Origin: Diadema antillarum
Lineage: Eukaryota
Assembly: GCF_040938485.1 (NCBI RefSeq)
Contig: NW_027270978.1
Coordinates: 310,001 to 374,000, forward strand
Reading direction: 5' to 3'
DNA length: 64,000 nt
Shown: in pieces, positions 38,522 through 50,871 of the stretch
Numbering within the stretch: position 1 is the first letter of the stretch
Layout of the letters: the number at the start of each line of letters is the position of its first letter
Notes under the pieces: model-generated
The model's database searches: none
What the model saw: only the letters and a program-made list of their open reading frames with translations
Told to the model about the DNA's origin: nothing
Program-made: the position numbers and the translations under genes

Positions 38522-38685
38522 CCATGTTAGATCCTGTTCATGTCAAAAATGATGGCTACATGACCTTTGACACCAATGAGACAATCACCCTATCGTGGAC
38601 CAATCACATCGCTTTCCGCACCAGGGACCCCAGTGGAGTCTTGATGTTTCTTGAGTTGACAAATGATGCCAACATTCGAATTGAG
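38522..38685 (+). CDS. CELSR-like copy C, exon 8 (LamG2)
   Basis: TMLDPVHVKNDGYMTF..WTNHIAFRTRDPSGVLM..IRIE; donor GAG|gtttgt. An alternative in-frame acceptor exists at 38531. Confidence 0.8.
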
Positions 38686-39842
38686 GTTTGTTTTGGGAGA
38701 CACACAAATGAAATATCCAAACACATCTTTTATACTATGTCTGTCTTAGGACATTCAACGTAATGCAATGCAATTGCACAATGCAATAGCTTATAAATAC
38801 GAGTCTACACTCCTTCCTAGGTAGCTGTATCTCATAGATTCTTCTTTTTTTATCTGCAAAGGTAGTGTGGGTTATTTTTTTTTCTCTCTCTCTGATGTGG
38901 TAGATCATGGATGGTGTGACATCCTGTAAGCCTGTAAAATGCCTTCTTCTCCTGTTTGTGGGACATTTTAAGAGTTTTATTGCAAAATGAGCTAACTCCA
39001 TTCTCGTTAAGTTGAGACATTTGTGATTAAAGCTGCTAAAAAACAAAGAAAATAATAAAGTACAGGATATATTTAATCATGACTTCCAAGATATTCCTTG
39101 TTATGTCACAAGTGAAGTGTTACTGGAAAGGATTAATTTTGCTCGATCTGATGATGGACTTACATGTACTTTAAAATGTTTAGAAATGGTGCCTAGCTCA
39201 TTTGCGATAAAAGTCTTAATTTATTGAACATGTGATAAGAGCAGCAAATGGTAGTTCTCGATATACAGCAGAAAGAAAGAACTGAATATCTAACGAACTG
39301 TTCACAGACTATCAGAAATATAGAACATAGAAGATTTGCATCTTCAAAGAGTTTCCAATCACTCTGACAGGCCACGTAGCAGGACGGTGCACCTTGCAGT
39401 CTAGGCTGAAAGACACAAAACATTTCTCTATTGAGATCTCAAACCCTTGTATACTTGATTGTTTTTGCTTCCATCTAGTATTGAGCTCACTCTTGCACAC
39501 CTGTCTAAGTCTTATGGTCTAATTAGGGTGCATTAAATGGATATCATTATTTTTTTGTGGTATACATTATAGAATGTGTCTTCTTCCTCGTATCAGTTAG
39601 AATGGAAATACTGTGGGAAGATCTTTGTGGTTCAAAAGTCTTCATCAGGTGGTATATTGCCAAGTTGGAGCCAATTAACTTTATTGAATTTGGCAGAGTA
39701 ACAAGTAGTGAATGTAAGTTTACCCGCGGAAGACGAGTCCCGCGTATACTCAGGCAGGTGTCTATAGGAAATGTGTGTTGTAGCAAAATTGGCCTATTCT
39801 CAACGGGTTAATGAAGCATGATAAAATTGTATATCTTATGTG

Positions 39843-40206
39843 CAGAGACCCCAACTCTCCTGCTTTCGACGGGAGATCTCCCGCCGAAAGCCCAGTTTTG
39901 CAAAATCTCCCGTTCTCCTGCTTGAGTTTTAATTTCTCCCGCCCTGGCTCTGTGTCTCCCACTTGAAATGATTTCTTACTTAATTTCATCGTACGTTGAA
40001 AAATGAGCCGTAGATAACACAAGAGAGCATCTAGAATCCTAGAGTTTCCAGGGTCCGCTAAGGGCCCTGGATCCCTGCTGCAAGGAATTTCGCACTTCGC
40101 GCTCGTGATGTGCGAGAAGCGCACATCAACTTTGAGTCTCCCGTTTGCTAGGGGTTTCAGGAGGGAGAATCTCCAGATTAGAAGGTGCTTGGGGTTGGAG
40201 TCTCTG
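39843..40206. mobile_element. MITE with CAGAGAC..CCAAC termini and a 6-bp flanking direct repeat
   Basis: tatgtg|cagagaccccaac ... gttggagtctctg|tatgtg. Confidence 0.7.
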
Positions 40207-40299
40207 TATGTGTGTTGAGACACACCCTGCGTGTGTAAGCAAAAGGCTAAATTCAACATGTTGTTCCTAAAGAGTCTCATTGTTTGGCCCCCCCTGCAG

Positions 40300-40446
40300 T
40301 TGGTCGATGGCTACATCCACTACGTCACCAGCTCAGTCAGTGTCCAGCTTGACCAGCGACCAGTCAGTGACGGGGAGTGGCATGACTTCTTGGCAGAGTG
40401 GGAGAATAACACAGTGATTCTCTCAGTGGATTTTGATTGGGACCTG
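40300..40446 (+). CDS. CELSR-like copy C, exon 9 (LamG2)
   Basis: LVDGYIHY..PVSDGEWHDFLAEW..LSVDFDWDL; cag| acceptor and |gtgagt donor; phase 0 to 0. Confidence 0.85.
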
Positions 40447-40913
40447 GTGAGTGTCCATGAGGAGACACTTTCAGCTAAGCTTTGTACTTGTTTAACAGAA
40501 TTTTAGAATTGAAAAGTCGTCCATTTAGTAATAGCACATACTCTCCAACATTCTTGAAAAGAATGTTGGTAAAGGTAAAATAACAGTTATTGTTTAGATG
40601 AACACATGTTGCACATTGAGGCTGACTTCAGTGTATGAAATGAAATAAGACAACTTATACATGTAGAACAGTGAGCTCCATATATCTATAAAAAATGATA
40701 AAAAGTAAAGGCAGTTTAAAGGGTTTACATGTTTCCCAGTGTTTTCTAACAACAATTATATCTGTTAATTGTTTGTTCCTTCGGACGTGAATTAATGATG
40801 GTGCCATGGTCCTTGGTCATATCGCCATGTTTGCTATCTTATGTAGATATTAAGTCCTTATGTTCAGAGAGGTGTGTAAACTCCAGTCTAATGAACATTT
40901 CCTGTACTAACAG

Positions 40914-41024
40914 AGGTCTGTTCGAGCCATGGACAGCCTTGACGGAGAGAGGGTGATCAGAGTGACGCTGGGAGGGATGTTGACAGAGGGCGCTCTCACC
41001 AATGGCTTCGCTGGATGCCTAATG
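40914..41024 (+). CDS. CELSR-like copy C, exon 10 (end of LamG2)
   Basis: RSVRAMDSLDGERVIRVTLGGMLTEGALTNGFAGCLM (LamG GFxGC motif); phase 0 to 0. Confidence 0.8.
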
Positions 41025-41694
41025 GTATTGTTTCTGTCATCTCACCAGTGTGTTGATGACTGTGGGATAAATTATATCTTGCTAAGTGAAATAACCGGTA
41101 GTATGAAAGTAGCATGAACATGGAGTGTGTAGATGTAGGTTTTATTGCATGACATCACAGGACCCATTGAATATTCATGATCTCCTTAGGAAGCCATAGT
41201 TCAGAGATGAAACATCTCAGATGAATAAATGTATCAACAACCAGCTCGTTATTTTCATTTCAGATTCCAATCAAGAATAGCATAAATTTGAATGTAATTG
41301 AATTGAACATTGACTTTTGCAGTTTTGTATTCCATTATCCAAGTACTTGTATTCCATTTGATCTCATTCCCTTTTGAAGTTTTAAGTTTATTACTATTTA
41401 TCTTCACATTTTTATATTGCATAATACATTACAAAAGAAACATGCATGAATACATAATAAAAGGTACCAGAAAATAGCATGAATGCTAATCAAGTCTGAT
41501 ACTTATTACAAAGGTTATAAAAAGGTAGTATGTACAGTACAATGTATAGCTCTAGTTTGAAAATACATGAAACATGAACATATTTACAACTTTTTACATC
41601 ATAATACATTTGAGTTGAAAACTCGACGTGATAATACATGTACATCTTCTTTTGATCCCCTGTGCCCCTCCATCCTACCCAACCCTACCCCTAG

Positions 41695-41854
41695 GGAATG
41701 TCCATCGGTGGTAGCCCCCTGGACCCTGCCGTGGGGGCAAGGACCAATGTGGAGGATGTCTGCAATGCCCCAGACTCCTGCCTGGATGCAGACTGCCCCA
41801 CCCACAGCCAGTGTGTGGATCTGTGGGACCTACATGAGTGCCGTTGTGACAAAG
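41695..41854 (+). CDS. CELSR-like copy C, exon 11 (EGF5)
   Basis: GMSIGG..NVEDVCNAPDSCLDADCPTHSQCVDLWDLHECRCDKG; phase 0 to 1. Confidence 0.87.
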
Positions 41855-42553
41855 GTGGGCTTTTCTCCCACACAGGTTCCATCTTGATCCATCCACAGTC
41901 TGTCATAATTCTCCCAAACCACTGTTATTCTATTTTTCACTGGCATTTTAAATCATTATAATGTATTATCATTGCTCTCAGCTTCCAAGGATCAGACAAA
42001 AAACAGTGGAAATTGTAATGATTGTAGTAGACTATATAAGTTAGTCTGGCAAAAGCTTTGGGCATACCTAAATATATAAAATAAAATCTAGTAAAAGCTT
42101 GGGTTCTAAATAGATCACAATAAAAGTGATGGGAAAAGCAGATAAAAAGTGACTTTTCATTCACATTCATTATTAAGTTGCCATTTTCAGCAGCTCTCTA
42201 ATATATCTCTATCCAGAGTCTGTGTAATTCTGGTAAGTCTGTTTCATTCTTGTTTGAGGCAGCTGACAATATTTGTCGTTTTTGTTGTTGCTGATGAGTC
42301 TTTAGTACCGGTACTGGATAGTAATTTTTGAAGTAGCTCAGAGTGTGAGCTATACCTTGATGGGTAGGGCTTAAGTGCACACTAGGCATGTGGGATCAGT
42401 AGTGTTATGTCATATAACAACATGTATAGAGCTCATGAATAATAATGTATTGTACAGCACTGGAGAAGTTGGAGCAGCAACTCGTGATAACATTTGCGCA
42501 AACTTGATTCTTTAAATAAAACAAAATGGGGGCATTTTCAACTTCTTTTTCAG

Positions 42554-42813
42554 GTCATTTTGGCCCTGAATGCTTGTCAGCGTGTGAACTGGGTGCGTGC
42601 CAGCATGGCTCCACCTGTGACCTTTCTCCGGAGACAGATCTTGGCTACAGCTGCACCTGCTCGGAGCGTTTCTATGGCGACCACTGCCAGCACATGGTTG
42701 AAGAGTGCCCAGATGACTGGTGGGGATACCCGGTCTGCGGCCCCTGCGAGTGTGATGAGGACATGGGATTTGACCCCACTTGCAACAAGACCACAGGGGA
42801 ATGTCACTGCCAG
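42554..42813 (+). CDS. CELSR-like copy C, exon 12 (EGF6 and CPxxWWG laminin-type EGF region)
   Basis: GHFGPECLSACELGACQHGSTC..ECPDDWWGYPVCGPCECDEDMGFDPTCNKTTGECHCQ, a diagnostic CELSR motif. Confidence 0.92.
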
Positions 42814-43472
42814 GTAAGGACAAGGAGACTGGGACCTGGAAGCCGGATTGTAGACTAGAATATTGGACTTTACCAAAAAGAGAACACTTTTTTATCTCTT
42901 AAAAAAAAAATCATTTGAACTACATGTTGTAGCCTGTCTAGATCGTATGATTTATATGAAATGTCTCACACATAATCATCTAAAGCCAAACAACAAAGCT
43001 GTTTTGTGACTTCTTTCTAAGTCTAAGAATTTGGTACTGTCAAATGTATGAGGTTCCATTTCTGTTTGTTATCAGGTATAAGCACAAAAGGAGTATTATG
43101 CTATTCTGGCTATTTTTCTGATTAGTATAAGATTAGAAGTGTAAAAATGTTTCTTGACAATATTTCTGAAAAGAAATGTTTCATAATTACTGTTGCTGTC
43201 CCCTAGTTCTGTAACGGTATCCTTGTATTTGATTTTTTTTTAATCATTTGCTTGTTAAGCTACAAATGACCTTTCTTGGATGTGAAGGCATTGACATACC
43301 ACGAGGAAGAGAAAAGATGACTAAAAAAAATGAAACAACAATACCACTCAAACTTCCTGATTTGATATTCTACAGCAATGAATATTCCCTATGTATATTC
43401 CATTGTGAAGTCATATACCATTATTGTCAAATTTCATTGAAAGTGGTGTTGCATTTGACTCCTCCTACACAG

Positions 43473-43656
43473 GAACACTTCTACCGCCTTTCAGACAGTG
43501 ACACCTGTTACCCCTGTGGTTGCTATGAGGTTGGATCCTCCAGTCAAGACTGTGACCAACAGACCGGTCAGTGCTCCTGCAGGAGGGGGGTTAATGGCCG
43601 GCGATGCGATGCCTGTGATGACCCCCATGCTGAAGTCACAACCAGTGGATGCGAAG
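43473..43656 (+). CDS. CELSR-like copy C, exon 13 (laminin-type EGF)
   Basis: EHFYRLSDSDTCYPCGCYEVGSSSQDCDQQTGQCSCRRGVNGRRCDACDDPHAEVTTSGCE; phase 0 to 1. Confidence 0.9.
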
Positions 43657-43816
43657 GTAGTAACCTTGACCAGCTGAAACTATTTTCTTCTAGTTGATGT
43701 CCAATAAATGAACAGTGACCTTATGTTAGGATTTTTTAGAAATGTGCTTAGAGGTAACAGACATGGCTCATTAAATGATGTACACATAGGAAAACATTTT
43801 ATTTTTATTTTTTGAA

Positions 43817-43980
43817 CAGGGGTCAATTTCATGAAAGTCTTATGAGAGACTTTTGCTCACATGACACAATTATGACAGACTTCATGAAATGGATTTTACT
43901 TTTTTACATAGCTACATATGAGCAACTTCTGAGATTAATGTAAAGGCTTCTTTGTGATGACTTTATGAAACAGACCCCTG
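43817..43980. mobile_element. Short MITE (CAGGGGTC..TTTCAT ends)
   Basis: caggggtcaatttcatgaaagtc ... gactttatgaaacagacccctg. Confidence 0.65.
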
Positions 43981-44961
43981 GTAGATTAAAAAGTTTGGTT
44001 TTTAATGCCATCATCATTCAGTATTATAAATTGGGCTTCAGAATCTCTGCAATCTGATTGGTCAATTGTCAAGCATTGATTTTTACTGATCCACACTGAG
44101 CCATGCGTCCGGTAAAATCCGAATGCATGGCTCAAGTCTTGTATAGTGTTATAGGTGTACCAGATGCATGATGGGGAAAATGGTTGTATTTCATGAATTT
44201 ACAGGGCCCATTTTAAAACACAAATGATGCACAGGCCTATTTCGTGGATCAGTGAGAAATAGATGCTCTCGTTTAACTTTGGAACAGTCTAAAACCCACC
44301 TGCTGCACTCGTAGGTTTAAACAGTTCCAAAATTAAACTCGCGCATCCAATTCTCACCAATCCACTCTGTCCTGTGCATCATTTGTATACTATCTTTGAA
44401 TTATGAGTACTTGGTGTAACTTTTGATATACATCTCGAGTAAGATGAGACATACCATCACGATTTGCTGGGTAAAAAGTTTGTATGGAAATTGTTCACAT
44501 GGTAGACATCTGCCCATCTGAAAATGATTTGGGAGAATTCAGAAAGAGATATGTTTTTAGTACTTGTTTATGAGATGTTATCATACTTCACGTAACAATA
44601 TCACATTCCAGGACTCTGGCTGTGAAGCTGTAGTGTCCTAAGCACATGAAAAACACAAGCACACATATGCACAAAATACCACATGAAGAATTAGGAGATA
44701 AATTTTGCTGTAAACAGGAATATATAGACCAGATATATAAAAAAGAAAGAAAGAATTGCACAATACTTGTATATGGATAATTTCTTCTGCTACCATCAGC
44801 GCAGTATAAAACATTGGGCATTGCAAGTGCATACATAAAAGAATTGCCATAAACATACGTACCACTGTAATTTTCACATAGTGTGTGTTGGTGTTTTCTT
44901 TAATGTTATCCAAATTATTGTCCTTAAAATACTAATTGTATATGTTTCACATAGATAACTG

Positions 44962-45004
<43 letters not shown>

Positions 45005-45016
45005 TTCCCTCCTCAG

Positions 45017-45204
45017 TTATCCATGGATTCTGTCCCAAACACTTTGATGAGGGTCTCTGGTGGCCTAGAACCCAATGGGGCGGGACAGCAACCCTAGACT
45101 GCCCACGAGGGAGCTACGGCACTGCAACGCGTTCGTGCAACTTTGAAAAAAGATGGCAGATGCCAAATCTATCGAACTGCACCTTGGAATACATGTATAG
45201 GTAG
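45017..45204 (+). CDS. CELSR-like copy C, exon 14 (HormR domain), last recognisable exon; in-frame TAG follows directly
   Basis: VIHGFCPKHFDEGLWWPRTQWGG..CPRGSYGTATRSC..WQMPNLSNCT, then TAT AG|G TAG. This reads as either a donor at 45200/45201 or a stop ending at 45204. Confidence 0.85.
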
Positions 45205-45459
45205 GCTATGTTTGTTGAGATGCAACAGCTTGTATGGCACCTTGCAACCACAGAGAAAAAATAGGCACTGGGATTGATCAGAAAAGTGGGTGCATAAGAA
45301 AGATTAACTACACAATGTATTTGACCATGGAAAAAGAGTTAAAAAAATCACAGCCACAGTGATGATGCTCTAATACTTAGCATTTGATAGCATTACTGTT
45401 GAATTGGGCAAGGAACATTGCCTTACCCCTTTGTGGACAACAGACCTCCTGCCTGGTTA

Positions 45460-45630
45460 CAGTGCACTCCCGTTATAACAAAATTTTGGTTACAACAGTA
45501 TAAAAATCCAGGTAGCAAAATTATCAGCTCTTATGTTTTTCATTGTGTATTTGTTCAGTTGTAACAAAATTTTGATATAACGAAAGAAAACTGCTGGTCT
45601 AGAGGACTTCGTTATAATGGGAGTCCACTG
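45460..45630. mobile_element. Pogo/Tigger-like MITE with TA TSD
   Basis: ta|cagtgcactcccgttataac ... gttataatgggagtccactg|ta; a related copy lies at 60102-60284. Confidence 0.75.
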
Positions 45631-46896
45631 TATAATGGATGGTTTGAAAGCTTTGAGGACTATATCCTGATGCTCTTGCTCAGTAACACTAAACCATCAA
45701 AGGTGAAATGTAATTCTCAGGAGGGCTTAAACTTAATCTTCCACCATTTGGAACTTGCATGCAAAATATTGAAAGGGTGTATATCAGGAAATTTGCCAGG
45801 CTGATAAGATTTGCTGAAATAAACAATAGCTTTGGAGTATTTTGTAATCAATGTATAAAACATTTTGTCGTAGCCACGATTGGATATGCTCAGGATTTCA
45901 ATCAATCAATATCAATATATATCATCTTTATTGATTTCTTTATTCATTTATTTATTTATTTTTATTTATTTATTCGTGTATTTGTTTTATGATGATTGAG
46001 ATGAATAAACAAATTGAATTGAATTGAATTGAATTGAATTTACTAATCTCTTTATGCATATGTGTGCATTTTTGTATGTACACATGTATGTACACAGAGT
46101 AGCTCATTTTCAAAGCAGCGTAAATGGATGGATTGACTGAAATCTGAAAACAGCTCCAAATATGCAAGATAGAGATTACTCATTGCAGTTTTGAACACAA
46201 AATAGTTGGTACTTGTAGTAACAGTAGTTGTAACGATAATAGTAGGTCCCTATGGACAGTGGCAATAATGACCTGTTTCATTTATTGTCATTATGGTTTT
46301 CCTACTTATATTATCAGTAGGAAAAACATATATATATTTTTATTAGTATTATCAATTCATTTTACCTTAAATTTGTTGATCTGAAGTTTCATTATTTTGA
46401 ATAAACACACATACTGTGCATGTGAGGTATCAAATGTTCCATCATCTCTTTTCTTGAGAAGCAGGAGTGTATTGTTTTAATGGGCGACAAATGTGGCTGA
46501 TGTATATGAGTGAATTAGTCTTATCGTTTAAAACCTTGAGCTAAACGTTTGTTTTTGTCAACACTGGTTTTTAATCGCACCTTTTTAAAGGGATTGTCTC
46601 AGTAAAAAACCTACAATAACGCCCCAAGTCTCAAATAAACAAACCTGCAAAAGTGTCATTTCCCTTACCAGCCAGTGAGTGGCATTTAATTTGTGCTAGA
46701 GCATGCACTTACCAGTGTGAATGCTTTGCTTGTTTTTCCAGATCATGTCAGGAAATCGATATTAAGCACAAAACAAATCTAAGTTGACTGAGGAAGCATC
46801 ACCTTTCTAACAGTTTTAACAAATAGTGTCCTTCCAAATACTGTCCCTACCTTAACAGGCTCACTCAATATAGCTGTACAGTGGTCTTTTGTAATA

Positions 46897-47069
46897 CAGT
46901 CAACCTTGCTTAAGTCAACCTTGCATAAGTCGAATAATCGCCTCAGTCGAAGGTCTTTTCAAGTCCTCTTCTCTTTATGCTACATAGATTTTAATCCCTC
47001 ATTAAGTCAAATTTTAAGTGGAAGCTATTTCTTCAGTCCAAATAGACTCAACTTAGGCGAAGTTGACTG
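46897..47069. mobile_element. Tc1/pogo-like MITE with TA TSD
   Basis: ta|cagtcaaccttgcttaagt ... acttaggcgaagttgactg|ta. Confidence 0.72.
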
Positions 47070-49479
47070 TACACAGAACATCGATACAACAAATTACCAC
47101 TATCACAATGTAAGTGATTTTTATTTTCTTTTTTCTTTTTAAATGAGAAAAGAAAGATGCATAAAAATATGATCGCTGTTTAGCATTGATCTTTAATGCA
47201 CATCTGTTCATCACAAATTATTTACAACACCAATGGAAAGATGAAATGATGATGTGGTACAAGTACCCTGGTACAAGCTGTAGTCACAATTGGACACTTA
47301 TTACAAGAAGGGGGATGATAAATCCTCCATTTTTCTTTCGTACTAACAGCCCTCATTTTGACAGCGGGGGAGTGGATATCAAAACAGAAAATAAGTCACT
47401 TCCAAATGCAAAATAATGTGAAAAAAAGTGCATAAATAAAAAAACTAAGAACAATGTCAGGAGAAAGTTAAAATCTTCAAAACAACATGAAAATACCTTG
47501 ATACATTTGCATGAAATGCATTGTCACAATGAACAACAGAAATATTTCTCACTTACATTGTAGCTCTGCCATAGCTGGAGGTAGTTTGAACCTATAATTT
47601 ACACATTCTGTCTTTAAGACACTAAATGCTACAATATGCAACTTGGGTCACCACTAGACAAAGGTAGAAAGATGGAACTGTAATGCACTTGTGGTGTAGA
47701 TTTATCGGTATCCCGAAATGTGTTTCTATGAGTGACTGCATGTGTGCCCCATTGAATTATGACTGCAGGTCAATGTTCACGATATGTGTATTGGTTGGTA
47801 ATTTTCAAACATTTTCTTCCGGCACAAATCATTTACTCTTCACTAACTTCATTTAAAAGTCATGACCTGTGCAGATTAAATTAATTGAAGTTATCAGCAA
47901 GCAGGCAAAAAGAGCAAAAGAGCAAGCATAACAGGCAAAAAATGGAGAGCATGGGGGGGGGGGGGGGCAAGGGAGAAAGCAGGTAAAAATATAAACATAT
48001 AAAAACAAAAGATTGTTAAAATGAGACACAGATGTGGAGAAAAGTCAACATCTTTGCCTCCGTTGATTCAGGTGTACGAATATCAGTATGTTACTGACTC
48101 ATACACATAGCCTATCCTGGCTGCAATAACCTCAATAAAATCATATTTCCTCATTGATTTGTCGGCCAACAAGCAATTTACAAAACACACTGATGACAAC
48201 AGTAAAAGCACCACAGCTGCAAAGGAAGCAAGTGAGCAAGCATAGTGACCAGAAAAGCAAACCAGCAATGCTGTTAAAAAAAGAAAAGAAAATAAAACTG
48301 CACACCAATCAAAAATTGTTCCATCAAAGCAAAAGGGAGGAGCAACAAAATTTACCATCTTTTTGACATTCTGAATACATCAATGATACATTTCTGGGTT
48401 CATACACTCAGTTTGGAGAAATGTTATTGCTTAATTGTTACCCAACCATAACATTTGATGTTCCAAATCAAACGTATGTTCCTCTTTGTTACTCGTCTAG
48501 CAGCACACAATTTACCAAAGTTCACAAGCCATCAACCTTTTGAAGATTTAACATATAACCTTTTACAAAGTGTATACCTAGTTGATGCACATTCTCACTG
48601 AAGTAAACTGCTGTACATATTTTCATCCATATTCATCTCATCATTTTTAATGCAGAACTTGTCCGCCCAACACCTCATGATCAATATGTGTTACACAAAT
48701 CTTGCCTCACCATCGACATAAATTTCTTGCATGATACCCAATGAAAAACTGACCCATTAAATCTCCTGTTATCAAACCCAAGAGAACAAATTTTGCTCTA
48801 GTGCATTGTAAGAATCTCCACAAGAGACTTTTCAAAACCCTGTACCGTTCCTAAAAAAATTAAATTCACCAAAGTGACCACTACCCATTTTAATCCAATG
48901 CACCTCATCATCCATGTGTCTTCATCATTTGGAGGTTGACACATCTTAATACTGTTTATCTTGAGCATATTCCACATTATCGAGCAAAAGATGGCAGATG
49001 AAATCTTCACATTCATGAATACAACCAAACTTCATTTCTTCATCTGAGAAACCTATCTTGTAAGGTTGTAGCTCTAATTGAATAAGGCTGCAATAGGGAC
49101 ACAGAATGCCAATAGAACATCAATAACTTAAAATTTGTCTCATGAACTTGGCATGATGCATATACATCCGTGTATTTTGGAAGCAATTGGTCCTTTAGAA
49201 CAAAGCAGTAATTTTTCTCTCAACTAAAAGATGGTTTTGCAGTTTCTGTTCTTAGATGGGAATGACAATCTCAGGACGGCATGGTGACACTAAATTTACA
49301 ACAACAAAATTACAGGAAGAAATATGAAAATAGTCGTTCTCATTCCTTGATCTTGCGTCAAATATCTGCAAACAAAGTTGGAACCCTAGGCAGGCCTTTC
49401 AACAAGAGCTACGACCTTTGTAAAGATTTCTTTACAATTCTTTGATCGTTGCTCCACCACCAGTAGACACTGTAAAACC

Positions 49480-49557
49480 TCATTCTCCCTTGAATTTTGG
49501 CTTTCTCTTTTCCTTGAAAGCAATGAGACCCTCCATGCGATCCTGAGTCGGAATGAC
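49480..49557 (-). CDS. AUH: AUH-like methylglutaconyl-CoA hydratase, last coding exon
   Basis: [25 protein letters not shown], the AUH-type C-terminus. Confidence 0.9.
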   Translation of the reverse strand, partial: VIPTQDRMEGLIAFKEKRKPKFKGE

Positions 49558-50404
49558 CTGCAGAAAGACACGAGTATTTGAGAGAGACAAAGAACAAAGA
49601 AAGACAAAAAACTATTAAAAAATAATGAATTACTGTTTTCAGATTTTGAAGATGTATGTAAATGTGTTTCAAAATGAATTTACAGTAGGTATTAATGACA
49701 TTTTCATTTTTTAAAAACAATATTCACACTTTGTAAGCACTATGTGCTTTTGAGAAAGATATTCACGTAGTTTAAAAGTGAAATCACCCACTGCAAATCT
49801 CACAACAGAAATACTGGTAATAATAGATAGCAATGATTCAGTGGATTCATTCAAGTTGAAACTTGCAAAGAGTGGAGGGGGTGCATTGACAACTCACTGA
49901 AATCAAGATATCAGACTACAAACATTGCACACACATTACATTGAAGAGATGACAGATACACCTGTACTGTACAAATCCCAAGCTAACCCCTCACTTAGCT
50001 ACATTCATGCATGTATACTCACAAACTATAGAATGTGTAACTTGTGCTCTACACATCGCAAAATGCCCTACTCCTGCATCCTAATAATCATCACACAATA
50101 TTGTTCTGAGACCTATAAATTCACAGTGCAGACTGGACAAAACACAACTACTGGGACCATAAGTTAGTATATTTCTATCACTCTACACTTTGGCCTCTTA
50201 ACAAAGTGAGGAATTTTACTTTCTGACAATCAAATCGGGATCCATCTTTCATTTCAACATAGACCTGGCACTGGTGAATTACCATCACTGCACTAGCTTG
50301 CTTAATTAAATCAGAAAAGAAGAAAAATGAAAGAAAGAACAGAGGAAAGGGAGAAAGACAAGAAGGATGGAAAAAAGAAAGGATGACAGATAGTGAAGCC
50401 CTAC

Positions 50405-50452
50405 CTGAGCATAGTAGGCTTCTTCAAATGCCAGTCCTGTTGCCAGATCGAC
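50405..50452 (-). CDS. AUH: AUH exon 8
   Basis: VDLATGLAFEEAYYAQ; cag|/|gtag sites; 48 nt. Confidence 0.9.
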
Positions 50453-50797
50453 CTGTATATAGGGAAAAATGATGAAGACATGAACATGGTCAGGACTGAC
50501 GCAGGTAATGTTTGTTAAAATATATGATCTTCTTTGTTTGTCATGATGGCAAACCAGTATTAATTGGCAGTACAGCAAGTCATATGATCATTAGCTGATC
50601 ACGTTTGGCTTTCACATCTGCATATCATTCCGACAAAAGTGGGAAAAACAAACAAACAAAACTGTGATCAAAAATCATACTCCCTCCCTGTCACAGGAAA
50701 GATATAATCACCTGAAAACAAAATTCATAGTTGATGAAAATGGCAACTCATTTTAATTATGCTTTTTCCCCCAGTTAGACGGAGAATTTGTGATTAC

Positions 50798-50848
50798 CTC
50801 ATTTCCTTTGTTCACAGCTTTCTTCACCATTCTCAAGGCGATTGGACC
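50798..50848 (-). CDS. AUH: AUH exon 7
   Basis: GPIALRMVKKAVNKGNE; 51 nt. Confidence 0.9.
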
Positions 50849-50871
50849 CTGGAAAAAAAGAAACAAGGAAA

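Noticed and set aside
45205-49479. Search for GAIN/GPS/7TM exons continuing copy C
   Set aside because: None recognisable; only MITEs, microsatellites and probable AUH 3' UTR. Short divergent exons could have been missed.
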